Source of the DNA: a virus
Reading direction: 5' to 3' (one strand)
Length of the DNA: 64,000 nucleotides
Virus record (IMG/VR): IMGVR_UViG_3300032893_000001
Span: 24,183 to 88,182 of that record
The notes beneath the pieces were generated by a model, which was given only the letters and a program-made list of their open reading frames with translations, was not told the origin of the DNA and did no database searches. Positions within the stretch are counted from its first letter, which is position 1, and the number at the start of each line of letters is the position of its first letter. Positions 55,501-64,000 of the stretch are shown one piece after another. The position numbers and the translations under genes were made by a program.

Positions 55501-56521
55501 TTTCGTAGACGTTGCCAGCGACAACAAGAACGTCACCGACAGACACGGGGATTGCGTTGGGCGGTCCGAACGCCGTCGAGTAGAAGACGTTCGTGAAGCC
55601 CGTCGGAATGATCAACGGGATCGTGTGCCCGTCGGACCCCGTGAAGTCGAACATGCTTCCAAGCGGCGCGTCGATCAGACGCCACTTGTAGGTGAGCGAG
55701 GCTCCTTGAGGGTCGAAGCTGGCCGACCCGTCGAGTCGAATGATCTCGCACGTGACCACCGCCTGATCTGCGCCGGGGTCCGCAACGGGCGGAACTGTCG
55801 GTACGAGCGTCTGGCTCGAGAGGCAGATCGTATCGAGGTACATCTGCGAAGGCTGAAGAGCGTCGCCCTTCACCTTGACGTACGTGCCCGTCGTCGTGTC
55901 CTGCGGGCAGCTCGAGTACGGAATGACCGGCAGGATGTAGCGGAGCTCCTCAGACTTGCCCGAGAGCAGGTCGACGAGCTTCGTGATGTAGATGAAGACG
56001 GCGTTGGTCGAGCCGCTGACCGCGATGCGAACGACCCAGTAGTCGCCCTCGGATACGAAGTCCTGACTGCCTGGAAGAACCTGGAAGGCGGACGTGCTCG
56101 TTCCCGCGTAGGCGATACCTGCCTGCGAGAAGAAAAGACCCGCTGCGGGGCCTGCGGTGTCCACGACGCCCACGAAGACATGGTGGTTGGGAACATCGGA
56201 GAAGTTCTGAGGCAGCTCCGTGCCCGCGTACGTGAACTCGAGCGTGAAGGAGCCATCGACGTTCTTGTCGATGTACAGAACTGCTTCACTGCCGTCGTTC
56301 GAGGTGACGATCAGATCGGATGACCCGCCGTCGATTGCAAAGTCACCACCTGGAGAAGACGACACCTCGAGGTACGTCTGGATGACCGACATCTGCCCGC
56401 CGGGGCCAACGCAATAGATGTCGAAGGGCGGCGCGTTCGGAATCGGACCGCCGGGGACAACGGGCGGAATGCCTCCCCACGGAAAGCCCGCCCACGGTCC
56501 TGTGCCCCAGCCCGGATTCAT
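52580..56521 (-). CDS. Large baseplate wedge-like protein with PKD/Ig-like domain
   Basis: 1313 aa; PVADPGADQ..LDGSASFDPQG..YKW (PKD-like); YLSAVRGIW..GPT..NL..G..ILLGLP and IKRVKPTYT wedge-like motifs. Confidence 0.65.
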   Translation of the reverse strand: MNPGWGTGPWAGFPWGGIPPVVPGGPIPNAPPFDIYCVGPGGQMSVIQTYLEVSSSPGGDFAIDGGSSDLIVTSNDGSEAVLYIDKNVDGSFTLEFTYAGTELPQNFSDVPNHHVFVGVVDTAGPAAGLFFSQAGIAYAGTSTSAFQVLPGSQDFVSEGDYWVVRIAVSGSTNAVFIYITKLVDLLSGKSEELRYILPVIPYSSCPQDTTTGTYVKVKGDALQPSQMYLDTICLSSQTLVPTVPPVADPGADQAVVTCEIIRLDGSASFDPQGASLTYKWRLIDAPLGSMFDFTGSDGHTIPLIIPTGFTNVFYSTAFGPPNAIPVSVGDVLVVAGNVYEIVATGTDVNGHYVQITDYLLPDSLPPENFKIVKQSGLSGATTVKPTFYPDIPGFYKFDLTVYNGSLYSTTESVVVNVVQSFLPRGVIPDLRFVWNYLSDFWDLVEDRERIEVVWGALAQIAATELYTLWQSEYSKSLRDIQRTFIRRWLHYDLVLREPYPEITAMRVIFRGIDSISILNAGGSYSGQRLDITVPFANAPVSVTFSGINPLTPSTIATQLQAALSALDTRFVVTVVPVDGTHSLVRIYAPFGFSVANTSTTSLYTVGAQNQALQGVSGILTNPNTYKLDISLLGIDVRENDVLVVQITDPGGNYNLAVRINSVIDSPSDTLRFQRVSLKDALPLTASTTWYIPAIATSTQLDFWNGLVTTGDVAAIEVVDEATGQIDFYQSTVIAAISSATNTVMFDPTPIGDFLAAPLRFAVMFWGAYRRTYMPIEPVITDIPTLQRVINTPNENEVLRRNLDFFLESFRGSNCIRFDPTIWVTSNPIIPVPRLWGEYNYLDNRPTIEANFGIPVEFTLDDLAQLPTSIDYLSAVRGIWYAFLNGPTMFNLRAGTQILLGLPFAEVAGTITEIRTDFSPTQGRILVQDTDPPNLVRSYHYPAVLALETNPSTGVAYAVGDTVQPFAPLVKGADVIDYVKQPNWFQGWMNQGTFYEIEKFFRFIVRVDSAAFTLPSLMFVQNFIKRVKPTYTFPTFIVEARVADAEVTTTDLYEQQGILDLQDGAMFSVPGTVTAFDVPDPSPGVLAAPGGPINMLTGNATGAYQNAYDTDTASMQGNTLPTSPTPDAATSFGFDRPMTADQQMVGIATETWGGGTPTVDSVFRFDIPAIDDKGITFGRKHVTSVPSAGLALEDPVTMGAGATYNVLVLIYNGDPGATSDAFRLRIFKNAVQVIDVAFTLAAPGGVLPWATFLPTVIPAITVIAGDVITASLVPDGGGNRRPYLHDLVVALCHGTVFQVDTILPAGNYYTHKSL

Positions 56522-56530
56522 CCTTTTCTC

Positions 56531-57124
56531 CTACTGCGTCCAGAAGCCTTCGACGGTCGGTGCCAGCAACGGGTTGCCGTCGGGCGACGCCGGTGCGTTC
56601 GCCAACGATAGTTGATTCGAGACCCAACGAACAGCGGTACCTGTCACGCTGTCTCGCGCGAGCAGCTTGTAGTACGTCGTCAACGGCGTGTTGAAGATCG
56701 TCGGCACGAGCATGCCAAAGCCCATGTACATCTCGACGGTGCTTGCGCCTAGATACGCACCATGCGCCGCACTGCCGACGCCGCCGATGCTGTTGAGCGC
56801 CGTGACGTACCTCTCCTTCTGTCGTCCAGGAGCTGAAGAACGATCCGCCGTCAGTGGGACGTTCAAAGAAGACTGCACCTGAGATCGACTTCGCGCACTC
56901 GTCGTTTCGTTCGGATAGTTGCCGATGAACGTGATGCCCACTTGAGACGTTCCTCGGTAGTTCGAGGAGCCATAGTCGTGCCCACTCGGTGGGCCAAAGT
57001 CTCGCGGCGTGAGGTAAGACTCACCCGACGACGTCTTCGGAAAAACCGTCGAGCCCTGGCCGATCGGCGTGTTGTTGTCGCTCTGGTAGCTGCGGCGCTG
57101 CGATGCGCCCTGATCGGTGGGCAC
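56531..57124 (-). CDS. Hypothetical virion protein
   Basis: GAGG SD then GTG 57124; collinear with the block. Confidence 0.6.
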   Translation of the reverse strand: MPTDQGASQRRSYQSDNNTPIGQGSTVFPKTSSGESYLTPRDFGPPSGHDYGSSNYRGTSQVGITFIGNYPNETTSARSRSQVQSSLNVPLTADRSSAPGRQKERYVTALNSIGGVGSAAHGAYLGASTVEMYMGFGMLVPTIFNTPLTTYYKLLARDSVTGTAVRWVSNQLSLANAPASPDGNPLLAPTVEGFWTQ

Positions 57125-57132
57125 GGGTCACC

Positions 57133-58866
57133 TCACTGGTTGAGCGGCATCGTCGTACCGTCCGCAGGTCCCACCACGATGGCTGGTCCTCCGTTCGGCG
57201 CCGATTGGCTCGAGAGCTGAATCCAACGACGCCCATCGTACGTGTCGCAGCCGTTGCCTCCTTGAACAGCGAACCACCAACGCAGCGTGCCCTTCCGCAA
57301 CTTGATGGCAGGGTTGCTTCCGTTGAAGCACACGATCCACATCGGCTCTCGAACGGCCACACTCGAGAAGGAGCACGCGACCTTGTCCGGAGTGCCTGAC
57401 GCCTGAAGAAGAATCCCCGTCGTGAAGGATGTCGGCGAGTAGCTCAACATCAACGCGTTGAACTCCGAGAACGCTTCGTTCGTTCCCCACCCGCGGCGGC
57501 GCCATCCCAAGAAAGAGCTGCCGGCATTGTACCAAACGTGGTTGCCTGCGGAGATGCCGAACCCATCCGCAGCAGTAGAAGTGCCTCCACCGCCTGTACG
57601 AGAACGAGAGTACGCCGACCCCACAGGAACGGCCCAAACATACGGATCGACGTCGCCGTCCTCCTGGTCATCGACACGCAGAAATCCGCAGCCAACGAAT
57701 TGAACGGCGCCCGCAGAAGGGATGCCCGCAACCCACGTCATCGAACCGTCGCCCGACGAGTTGGTGTCTTCGATCGCGTTGGCCACGAGCACGTGACCGA
57801 GCCCGAGGTTGACGCTGTTCGTGTTGTTCAACCAGTCGTTGGTGCCAGTTCCAACCGCACCCGTTCCACCTGTTCCGATGCCAGCGACAAGTGTACCGGT
57901 CGTCGGGAAGCCGTTGGTTGTCGGGTTGCCACCGCTAGCACCACCAGGGCACACGGTGGCCGTGCACGTGCCCAGGCTGGCCATCGTGGAGAAACGCCCG
58001 TTCGTCGCGTTGGTCGTTCCTTCACCGACGCTGTCGATGCACTGATAGTAGATGTGCCCCGCCGTCGTACTGCTTCTCCAGAATACGACCTCGCGCACGT
58101 ATTCGACGATGGTGCTGACGGGGGAGATCGACGCGCCGGAGACCGCGCCGGTAATCGCCGCAGAGTTGCTCCATCCGCGAACACCGCCGCTCGTACCGCT
58201 CAAGCGCGGTGCGATGACAAGGAAACCGCCGTTGATGGTGTCCGTCAAAACGCCGACGATCTCTCCCGTGGCCCCTGAGCTCGCCTGAGTGACGTTCTCG
58301 CCTTTGATGAAGGTGCCAGTCGGAACCGTTGTACCGATCGGCACCTTCAGCGTCGAAGGACCTTGAAGAACGAGCCACGCGCCGGCTCCAAGAGCAGGGT
58401 ACGCGTCGTTCAGCGCGCTGACTTCCGTCCATGTCGCGCCACCTGGAGTTGTCTCCGCCACAGCGCTCGGGTTCTCGATATTCACCGAGGTCGCGCTGAT
58501 GTAGTTCGTGATGAGGAACGTTCCGTTGTTCGCGCTGTTCGTCGCACCGGTGATCGTCAGAAAGTTGCCCACCGAGTTCGCGGTGAAGCTGGCTCCGGAC
58601 ATTCCCGAAACGGTCGCGCGCCCGCCGTACGCGGAGGTGGAAGGAGAGGAGATCGACATCGCTGCCGATCCCGTCTGCGAGCCGACCTGGACACCGCCTC
58701 CCCACTTGTCCGCCGCAGGACTTCCCGTGGCCTCCTTGTTCGTTCCGTCGGAGCTCGCCTTGTAACGCCAGCCCGCACGCTTCATCGCGCGCGTCATCTT
58801 CCAGACGAGCGAGAACTTATCGTTCGAGGCTGCGAGTGCGTAGTTTTCGACTTGTACGTTCGGCAC
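57133..58866 (-). CDS. Fibre/adhesin-like virion protein, paralogue type A (copy 1)
   Basis: WKMTRAMKRAGWRYKAS start, LTITGATNSANNGTF module, EDGDVDPY, GWRRRG, RKGTLRWW. Confidence 0.75.
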   Translation of the reverse strand: MPNVQVENYALAASNDKFSLVWKMTRAMKRAGWRYKASSDGTNKEATGSPAADKWGGGVQVGSQTGSAAMSISSPSTSAYGGRATVSGMSGASFTANSVGNFLTITGATNSANNGTFLITNYISATSVNIENPSAVAETTPGGATWTEVSALNDAYPALGAGAWLVLQGPSTLKVPIGTTVPTGTFIKGENVTQASSGATGEIVGVLTDTINGGFLVIAPRLSGTSGGVRGWSNSAAITGAVSGASISPVSTIVEYVREVVFWRSSTTAGHIYYQCIDSVGEGTTNATNGRFSTMASLGTCTATVCPGGASGGNPTTNGFPTTGTLVAGIGTGGTGAVGTGTNDWLNNTNSVNLGLGHVLVANAIEDTNSSGDGSMTWVAGIPSAGAVQFVGCGFLRVDDQEDGDVDPYVWAVPVGSAYSRSRTGGGGTSTAADGFGISAGNHVWYNAGSSFLGWRRRGWGTNEAFSEFNALMLSYSPTSFTTGILLQASGTPDKVACSFSSVAVREPMWIVCFNGSNPAIKLRKGTLRWWFAVQGGNGCDTYDGRRWIQLSSQSAPNGGPAIVVGPADGTTMPLNQ

Positions 58867-58875
58867 GGCGCTACC

Positions 58876-60825
58876 TCACGCGTTCGCAGGAGTGGTCTGC
58901 CCGTCCCACGGCCCGCAGATCAGGGGGTTCAACAACCCCGTTCCAAGTTGTACCCACTGCCCAGAAGCGTACGTCATATTCGAGACGCCGCCCTCCGTGA
59001 AGAAGACCCAACGCGCCGTCCCCTTTCGCATTCGCTGCGTCGGGTTGACGGAGACGTACCAGACGGGCTCTTTGATCATGAGCTCCTGCGTGGCGTGCTG
59101 AACACGACCAATCCCGTACGTGGCCGTAGTGTTCACGCCGAAGAGGCATGCGCCGGAGAACTCCTGGAAGGCGTCTCCTGTCGGGAAGCCACGACGACGC
59201 CACCCGCGAAAGTGCGACAGCAAGGTCGCCGGAACGTGCGAAGTAGTACCCGCACCGAAGAAGTCCTGCGTCGGACTCGCTGAGGTGTTGACGAGTCGAT
59301 TCATCCCGTACGAAGCGGTGTCGTACGACGAATAGATGTAGGGATCGACGTCTCCCTCTTCGCTATCGTCGCAACGCATGAAGTACATGCCTGCGTACGA
59401 GTAGCTGGCGTTCGCTGGCGTTCCGTGTGCCCAGATCCACGAGCCGTCAGCCTCGTTGCTCGCGTCCTCGAGGCAGTTCGCGCAGAGGAGCTGAACCTGT
59501 CCCGTCGGAGAGGTGCACTGTCCCCAAGCGACAGAGCCGGTGCTCGCCGCGGCGGAGTTGCCTGTGCCGATGACCGTGAAGGAACCCGGCGTCGGGAACG
59601 ACGTTCCGCTTCCAGGAGCGAGCACGTTCGTGATCGGAGCCGTAGCTGCGATCGTCGAGAATCGGTACGCAGACTCGCCGCTCTGATCCACGACCTGCGC
59701 GAAGATGTGTCCGTTCGCCTGCGTGTTCTTCCAGAAGACAATCTCTCGAACGTACTCGACGGGTGTGATGTTCGCCGTCGTGATGGTCGCTCCGGAGATC
59801 GCACCGGTCAGGGTGTCCGTTCCTCCCGTGGTCCACCCACGTGCGCCGCCTCCGGTGCCGTTGACGTACGGCTGAATGACGACGAACCCGAGCCCCGTGA
59901 CAGTGTCCGTGCAAACGCCCAAGAGTCGCCCCGTGGCGCCGCTGTTCGTTTGCGTGACCTTCTCACCGCGAACGAAGATGCCCGTCGGCACGTTGGTGCC
60001 GATCGGAATCTTCATGGTGCTCGGCCCTTGAAGAACGAGCCACGCACCCGTGCCTGTGCCGCCTTGAAGACTCGCAGGGTACGCCTGCGCAAGAGGGCTG
60101 GATTCGACCCAGATGATCGAACCGTTGTTGCCGTCTGTCACGGCACTGGGATTGTCGATCTCCACCTGCGTGGTCGAGAGCACGCGTGTGATGCGGAACG
60201 TTCCGTTGTTCGCGCTGTTAGCTGCCCCGATGATCGTAAGATGATCTCCCGCACTTCCGCGGTTGAGCGGAGACGTCGTAGGAGCAACCATTCCAGTCAG
60301 CCCCGAGACGATCGCTCTTCCAGGATACGCACCGCTCGTTCCTGCGGTAGCGACCGAGGCGGCCGCGCCTCCCTGAACTTCCTTCCACGTGGCAGTGCCC
60401 GGTGTGGTTTCGGAGACCGCGCCGGGATTGAAGATCGAGACGGTGGTGCCCGCCTGCGCCGTGATGCGGAAGATACCGTTGTTCGCTGAGTTGACGGCTC
60501 CGGTGATCACCAAGAAGCGACCTACCGAGTTGGCCGTGAACCCACTGACGCCCGTCACAACGGAGACACCCGCAGAAGGAGCTCCGATGACGGGCGCCGT
60601 TCCTGCCTGAGCACCGACCTGCGCGTAGTTCACGCCGCCACCGACAGCCCACTTGTCGTTGGCAGGGTTGCTCGAGGTGTCCTTGGTCGACGATGTGCCG
60701 GTTGCATCGGCGCTTGCCTTGTAGCGCCAGCCAGCCGCGAGCATCGCTCGCGTGAGCTTCCAGATTCCTTGGAAGACCTCGGTCGTGCTGTTCGGTAGGT
60801 AGTTCGCAACGACTACGTGGGACAT
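58876..60825 (-). CDS. Fibre/adhesin-like virion protein, paralogue type B (copy 1)
   Basis: Start re-set to ATG 60825 (MSHVVVANY); same family motifs; two ITGA.NSANNG modules; ends GPWDGQTTPANA. Confidence 0.75.
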   Translation of the reverse strand: MSHVVVANYLPNSTTEVFQGIWKLTRAMLAAGWRYKASADATGTSSTKDTSSNPANDKWAVGGGVNYAQVGAQAGTAPVIGAPSAGVSVVTGVSGFTANSVGRFLVITGAVNSANNGIFRITAQAGTTVSIFNPGAVSETTPGTATWKEVQGGAAASVATAGTSGAYPGRAIVSGLTGMVAPTTSPLNRGSAGDHLTIIGAANSANNGTFRITRVLSTTQVEIDNPSAVTDGNNGSIIWVESSPLAQAYPASLQGGTGTGAWLVLQGPSTMKIPIGTNVPTGIFVRGEKVTQTNSGATGRLLGVCTDTVTGLGFVVIQPYVNGTGGGARGWTTGGTDTLTGAISGATITTANITPVEYVREIVFWKNTQANGHIFAQVVDQSGESAYRFSTIAATAPITNVLAPGSGTSFPTPGSFTVIGTGNSAAASTGSVAWGQCTSPTGQVQLLCANCLEDASNEADGSWIWAHGTPANASYSYAGMYFMRCDDSEEGDVDPYIYSSYDTASYGMNRLVNTSASPTQDFFGAGTTSHVPATLLSHFRGWRRRGFPTGDAFQEFSGACLFGVNTTATYGIGRVQHATQELMIKEPVWYVSVNPTQRMRKGTARWVFFTEGGVSNMTYASGQWVQLGTGLLNPLICGPWDGQTTPANA

Positions 60826-60832
60826 GACGCAC

Positions 60833-62782
60833 CTATTGGTTGGCGATGATCGTCGAACCGTCGCCAGGACCAACGACGATCGCTGGAGAAGTAGAGGATA
60901 GCTGAAGCCACTGACGCCCGTCGTACGCGTCCGTCGTGGCGTTGCCTTGAACGCAGGCCCACCAACGCGTCGTTCCCTTCCGATGCTTCGTCGTCGGCCC
61001 GACCGCGGTCTGTATCGCTAGCAGCGAGAGCGGTTCTCGAACTGTGACCGTCGCTGCATTACACGCGACGCGGTCTGGGCTCGCGGGTGTTGTAGCAAGG
61101 GCCGTGGCGCTGTCCTTGAATCCAAGAAGGCTGGCTTGGTACTCCTGAAAAGACTCAGCCCACCCACCGCCTGCGCCATACGCAGCAAGACCGCGCCGCC
61201 GCCACCCCATGAAACCAGAAGAAGATGCCCACGCGGTGAACGTCATCGGATCGCTGCTTGTACCACTAACGTTACCCGTCCCCGTGCCCGTGCGGTTCCG
61301 GTTGTAGGTACCGGTCAAGTAGTTCGTGAACGCGCCGACGTACGGGTCGACATCCCCATCTTCTTGATCGTCGACACGCAAGAACCCCATCGCCTTGAAC
61401 GTTCCCAGCGTAACAAGACCGCCCGTCGTCATTGTGCCCGCGCCACCAGAGCACCCAGTGAACTGCGTACCGCCGCTGACGCCGCTGTACGTGACTGCCT
61501 GCGGACCACTGCTCGTCGTGACGAGGATGACTCCCGAAGTAGGAAAAGATCCGGTAGCGACAACGTTGATGGTTGCCTGCGGAAGAGAGAGGCCGTTCGA
61601 ACCCACCGCGATCGTCGTACTGACCGACTGAAGACCGATGGCCAGCGTGAAGCTGCCATCGGCAGAGACGTTGGTGTCCTCGATGCAGTTGGCGCACAAG
61701 ATCTGCGCCTTGCCCGTTCCTACGCCGACGGAGTTGCTGCACCAGTCGATTGCTCCAGTCGACGCCGTTCCTGCGCCCGCTTGTCCGATGAAGACCAAGC
61801 TGCCGACGGTGGGGAATCCATTGCTGGTTGGGTTGTTGCCCGCGATCGATCCAGGGCAGTGCGAGTAGTCTGCGCCTCCGATGACTGTCGCCGCCATTGT
61901 GGAGAAGCGTCCAGTCGTCGATGTCGTCGACGCTTCACCAACGCTGTCGATGCACTGGTAATAGATGTGACCGGAAGAGACGCTGTTGTACCAGAAGACC
62001 AATTCGCGAACGTACTCGATGATGGTCCCTGTCGGAGTAGCAGTGGCACCCGACACGGCTCCGGTGATCACCGTCGAGTTGTTCCATCCGCGCACTCCGG
62101 CGCTCACGCCGCTGACGCGTGGTGCAATGACCAAGAAACCGCCATTGATGCTGTCGATGTAGACACCGATCACTTCACCAGCGGCACCGGAGGTTGCCTG
62201 CGTGACGTTCTCACCGCGGATGAAAGGAGCCGACGCCACCGTGCCGATGGGAACGCGCAAAGTGCTCGGCCCCTGCGCTACCCACCACGCGCCCGAGGCA
62301 AGTCCCGCCGGAGGGTACGTATCGGACATCGCGCTGACTTCTTTGAACGTCGCCGTGCCCGGTGTGGTCTCGGAAACCGCGTTCGGGTTCTCGATGACGA
62401 CGGAGGTAGCCGAGACGTACTTCGTGATCAGAAACGTGCCGTTGTTACCACCATTGGTCGCGCCGGTGATGGTGAGAAAGTGACCGACGGAGCTCGTCGC
62501 AAAAGAACCGCCGGTCATACCGGAAACGGTCGCGCGGCCACCGTAGGAGGTGCTCGTGGGCGCGGAGATCGTGAAGGCGACAGTGGTCGGACCTTGAACG
62601 GTACCTCCCGCTCCCCAGACGTCCGCTGCGGGATTGCCCGTAGAGTCTTTCGCGTTCGAGCCGTTCGAGCTCGCCTTGTAACGCCAGCCCGCAGTCTTCA
62701 TCGCGCGCGTGAGCTTCCACACCGCGGAGAACTCATCTCCCGAGGCAGCCAGCGCGAAGTTTTCTACGATGGTGTTCGACAC
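60833..62782 (-). CDS. Fibre/adhesin-like virion protein, paralogue type A (copy 2)
   Basis: Start re-set to GTG 62782 with GAGG SD; clear similarity to 57133-58866 plus a roughly 70-aa insertion. Confidence 0.75.
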   Translation of the reverse strand: MSNTIVENFALAASGDEFSAVWKLTRAMKTAGWRYKASSNGSNAKDSTGNPAADVWGAGGTVQGPTTVAFTISAPTSTSYGGRATVSGMTGGSFATSSVGHFLTITGATNGGNNGTFLITKYVSATSVVIENPNAVSETTPGTATFKEVSAMSDTYPPAGLASGAWWVAQGPSTLRVPIGTVASAPFIRGENVTQATSGAAGEVIGVYIDSINGGFLVIAPRVSGVSAGVRGWNNSTVITGAVSGATATPTGTIIEYVRELVFWYNSVSSGHIYYQCIDSVGEASTTSTTGRFSTMAATVIGGADYSHCPGSIAGNNPTSNGFPTVGSLVFIGQAGAGTASTGAIDWCSNSVGVGTGKAQILCANCIEDTNVSADGSFTLAIGLQSVSTTIAVGSNGLSLPQATINVVATGSFPTSGVILVTTSSGPQAVTYSGVSGGTQFTGCSGGAGTMTTGGLVTLGTFKAMGFLRVDDQEDGDVDPYVGAFTNYLTGTYNRNRTGTGTGNVSGTSSDPMTFTAWASSSGFMGWRRRGLAAYGAGGGWAESFQEYQASLLGFKDSATALATTPASPDRVACNAATVTVREPLSLLAIQTAVGPTTKHRKGTTRWWACVQGNATTDAYDGRQWLQLSSTSPAIVVGPGDGSTIIANQ

Positions 62783-62789
62783 GTCCGCC

Positions 62790-64000
62790 TCACGCGTTGC
62801 TAGGAATGCTTGCTCCGTCCCATGGCCCGCACACAAGAGGACCAGAAGACGCAGCTTCTGAGAGCTGGACCCAGGTTCCTCCCAAGTACGTGTTGTTCGA
62901 GACGCCACCCTCAGTCATCCAGATCCACCGCAAGTACCCTTTGCGCATTCGCGCCGCGGACTGCGTAGAGACCACCCAGAGGGCGTCTTTGACTAGGTAC
63001 TCTTGAAGTGCAGACTGAACGCGGCCGATGTTCGCTTGATCGACGGACGACAACAACCCCGTCGTCAACGTCATCCCATGAAACTGCTGCCACGCGTCGC
63101 CGGAGGAGAACCCTCGACGGCGCCATCCGGCGTACACGGTTGCGCTCGACGTAGAAGTCGCTAGGAAGTTCGTTCCAATGAAGAAATCCTGAAGCAGCGT
63201 AGGAGCTGCTGAAGGCCCCAATCTGTTGCCACCGTATGCACTGCCAGTGAAGTTCTGGCAGGTGATGTACGGATCGATATCTCCATCTTCGCTCCCGTCC
63301 AACCGCATATAGAACATGCCTGCGTACATCCACGAAGCGCCGATGCCTCCAGTGTTCGAAGGCGAACCAAGCGCTGCGATCCACGAGCCGTCCGCGTCGT
63401 TGTTCGAATCCTCCATGCAGTTCGCGCAGAGAAGCTGCCCGTTGCCTGCCTGAACGAGCAAGTTGCCCAGGTGGTACCAACGAGCCGGACCAGTTCCGAC
63501 TCCCGCGGTGTTGCCCGTTCCCAACATGACCCAAGAACCCGGCGTAGGAAACGTAGCGACGCTGCCCGGAGCGAGAACGTTGGTGACGCCTGCGTTGCCT
63601 GCGACGGAAGAAAAGCGAGACGTAGCTTCGCCGCTTTGGTCGACGCACTGAACGTAGAGGTGCCCGTCGTTCTGCGAGTTCTTCCAGATGACGATCTCGC
63701 GGACGTACTCGACAGGAGCTCCCGTCGAGCTGGTGATCGTAGCTCCAGAGACAGCTCCCGTGATCGTGTCTGTGCTTCCTGATGTCCAGCCGCGCGGCCC
63801 GCTTCCTCCACCATTCAAGCGGGGCATGATCACCAAGAAGCCAGTACCGCCACCAGTGTCAGTCATCACGCCGATGATCGTGCCCGTCGCACCACTGGTG
63901 GACTGCGTGACTTTCTCGCCACGAAGAAAGGCCCCCGTCGGCACGTTCGTGCTGATGGGGATCTTCATCGTGGAAGCCCCCTGAAGAACAATCCACGCGC
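62790..64000 (-). CDS. Fibre/adhesin-like virion protein, paralogue type B (copy 2), 5' end outside the window
   Basis: Frame open to the window edge (AWIVLQGASTMKIPI...); clear similarity to 58876-60825; ends GPWDGASIPSNA. Confidence 0.75.
   Translation of the reverse strand, partial: AWIVLQGASTMKIPISTNVPTGAFLRGEKVTQSTSGATGTIIGVMTDTGGGTGFLVIMPRLNGGGSGPRGWTSGSTDTITGAVSGATITSSTGAPVEYVREIVIWKNSQNDGHLYVQCVDQSGEATSRFSSVAGNAGVTNVLAPGSVATFPTPGSWVMLGTGNTAGVGTGPARWYHLGNLLVQAGNGQLLCANCMEDSNNDADGSWIAALGSPSNTGGIGASWMYAGMFYMRLDGSEDGDIDPYITCQNFTGSAYGGNRLGPSAAPTLLQDFFIGTNFLATSTSSATVYAGWRRRGFSSGDAWQQFHGMTLTTGLLSSVDQANIGRVQSALQEYLVKDALWVVSTQSAARMRKGYLRWIWMTEGGVSNNTYLGGTWVQLSEAASSGPLVCGPWDGASIPSNA

Larger units (their letters stand above)
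1..64000. mobile_element. Segment of a large tailed bacteriophage genome (probably myovirus-like, encoding its own multisubunit-type RNAP)
   Basis: Dense strand-coherent gene blocks with 1-4 nt overlaps; portal-, baseplate-, spike- and fibre-like genes plus PolA/DnaB/DnaG/RecA/UDG/dNMP kinase; no cellular housekeeping operons. Confidence 0.93.

Noticed and set aside
14653-62803. Other long antisense or alternate-frame ORFs (14653-16530, 30858-32090, 46672-48012, 50213-52258, 61136-62803)
   Set aside because: Same shadow-ORF artefact; each lies opposite a gene with a better-supported call
57133-64000. Diversity-generating retroelement or shufflon acting on the fibre paralogues
   Set aside because: No reverse transcriptase, no adenine-specific TR/VR pair, no invertase or inverted repeats seen; divergence is distributed along the genes
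1-64000. Alternative genetic code, tRNA genes, or a specific host assignment
   Set aside because: Conserved genes are intact under the standard code with all three stops used; no cloverleaf recognised in the short intergenic gaps; GC content alone cannot name a host

Overview
This window is a 64-kb segment of a large, GC-rich tailed-phage genome (Caudoviricetes, probably contractile-tailed). No host housekeeping operons, rRNA, tRNA, CRISPR array or integrase were seen. Genes fall into four strand-coherent blocks. (1) 1-9411 (-): virion genes plus a 2128-aa single-chain beta-beta' two-barrel RNA polymerase. (2) 9537-14424 (+): a small accessory/early island (acidic peptide, membrane peptide, Zn-finger protein, RelE/BECR-like protein, MoxR-like AAA+ ATPase, vWA metallopeptidase). 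(3) 14458-19745 (-): portal and head-associated genes, followed by 19865-38940 (+): a replication/recombination block (SF2 helicase, family-4 UDG, DnaB, DnaG, Cys-rich SSB candidate, PolA, HU-like, RecA, two resolvases, Cas4-like nuclease, and a dNMP kinase carrying an in-frame HNH-AP2 insertion). (4) 38966-64000 (-): baseplate/fibre genes, including a 20-aa Ser/Thr-rich repeat protein, a methyltransferase-glycosyltransferase-TPR fusion, a pyrophosphatase-like protein and a duplicated pair of fibre-like paralogues. The best candidate for an undescribed system is a transcription programme. The fused RNAP is encoded among virion genes. Minus-strand (structural) units start at a conserved host-sigma-like TGNGG-TAWYYT element. 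Plus-strand (replication/early) units start at a different GGWAYAAG element, and the two plus-strand blocks end in a hairpin plus TTTTTAGCCC. This suggests an N4-like logic (packaged phage RNAP early, host RNAP late) run by a bacterial-type single-chain enzyme. All product calls come from motif recognition by eye; no database searches were run.
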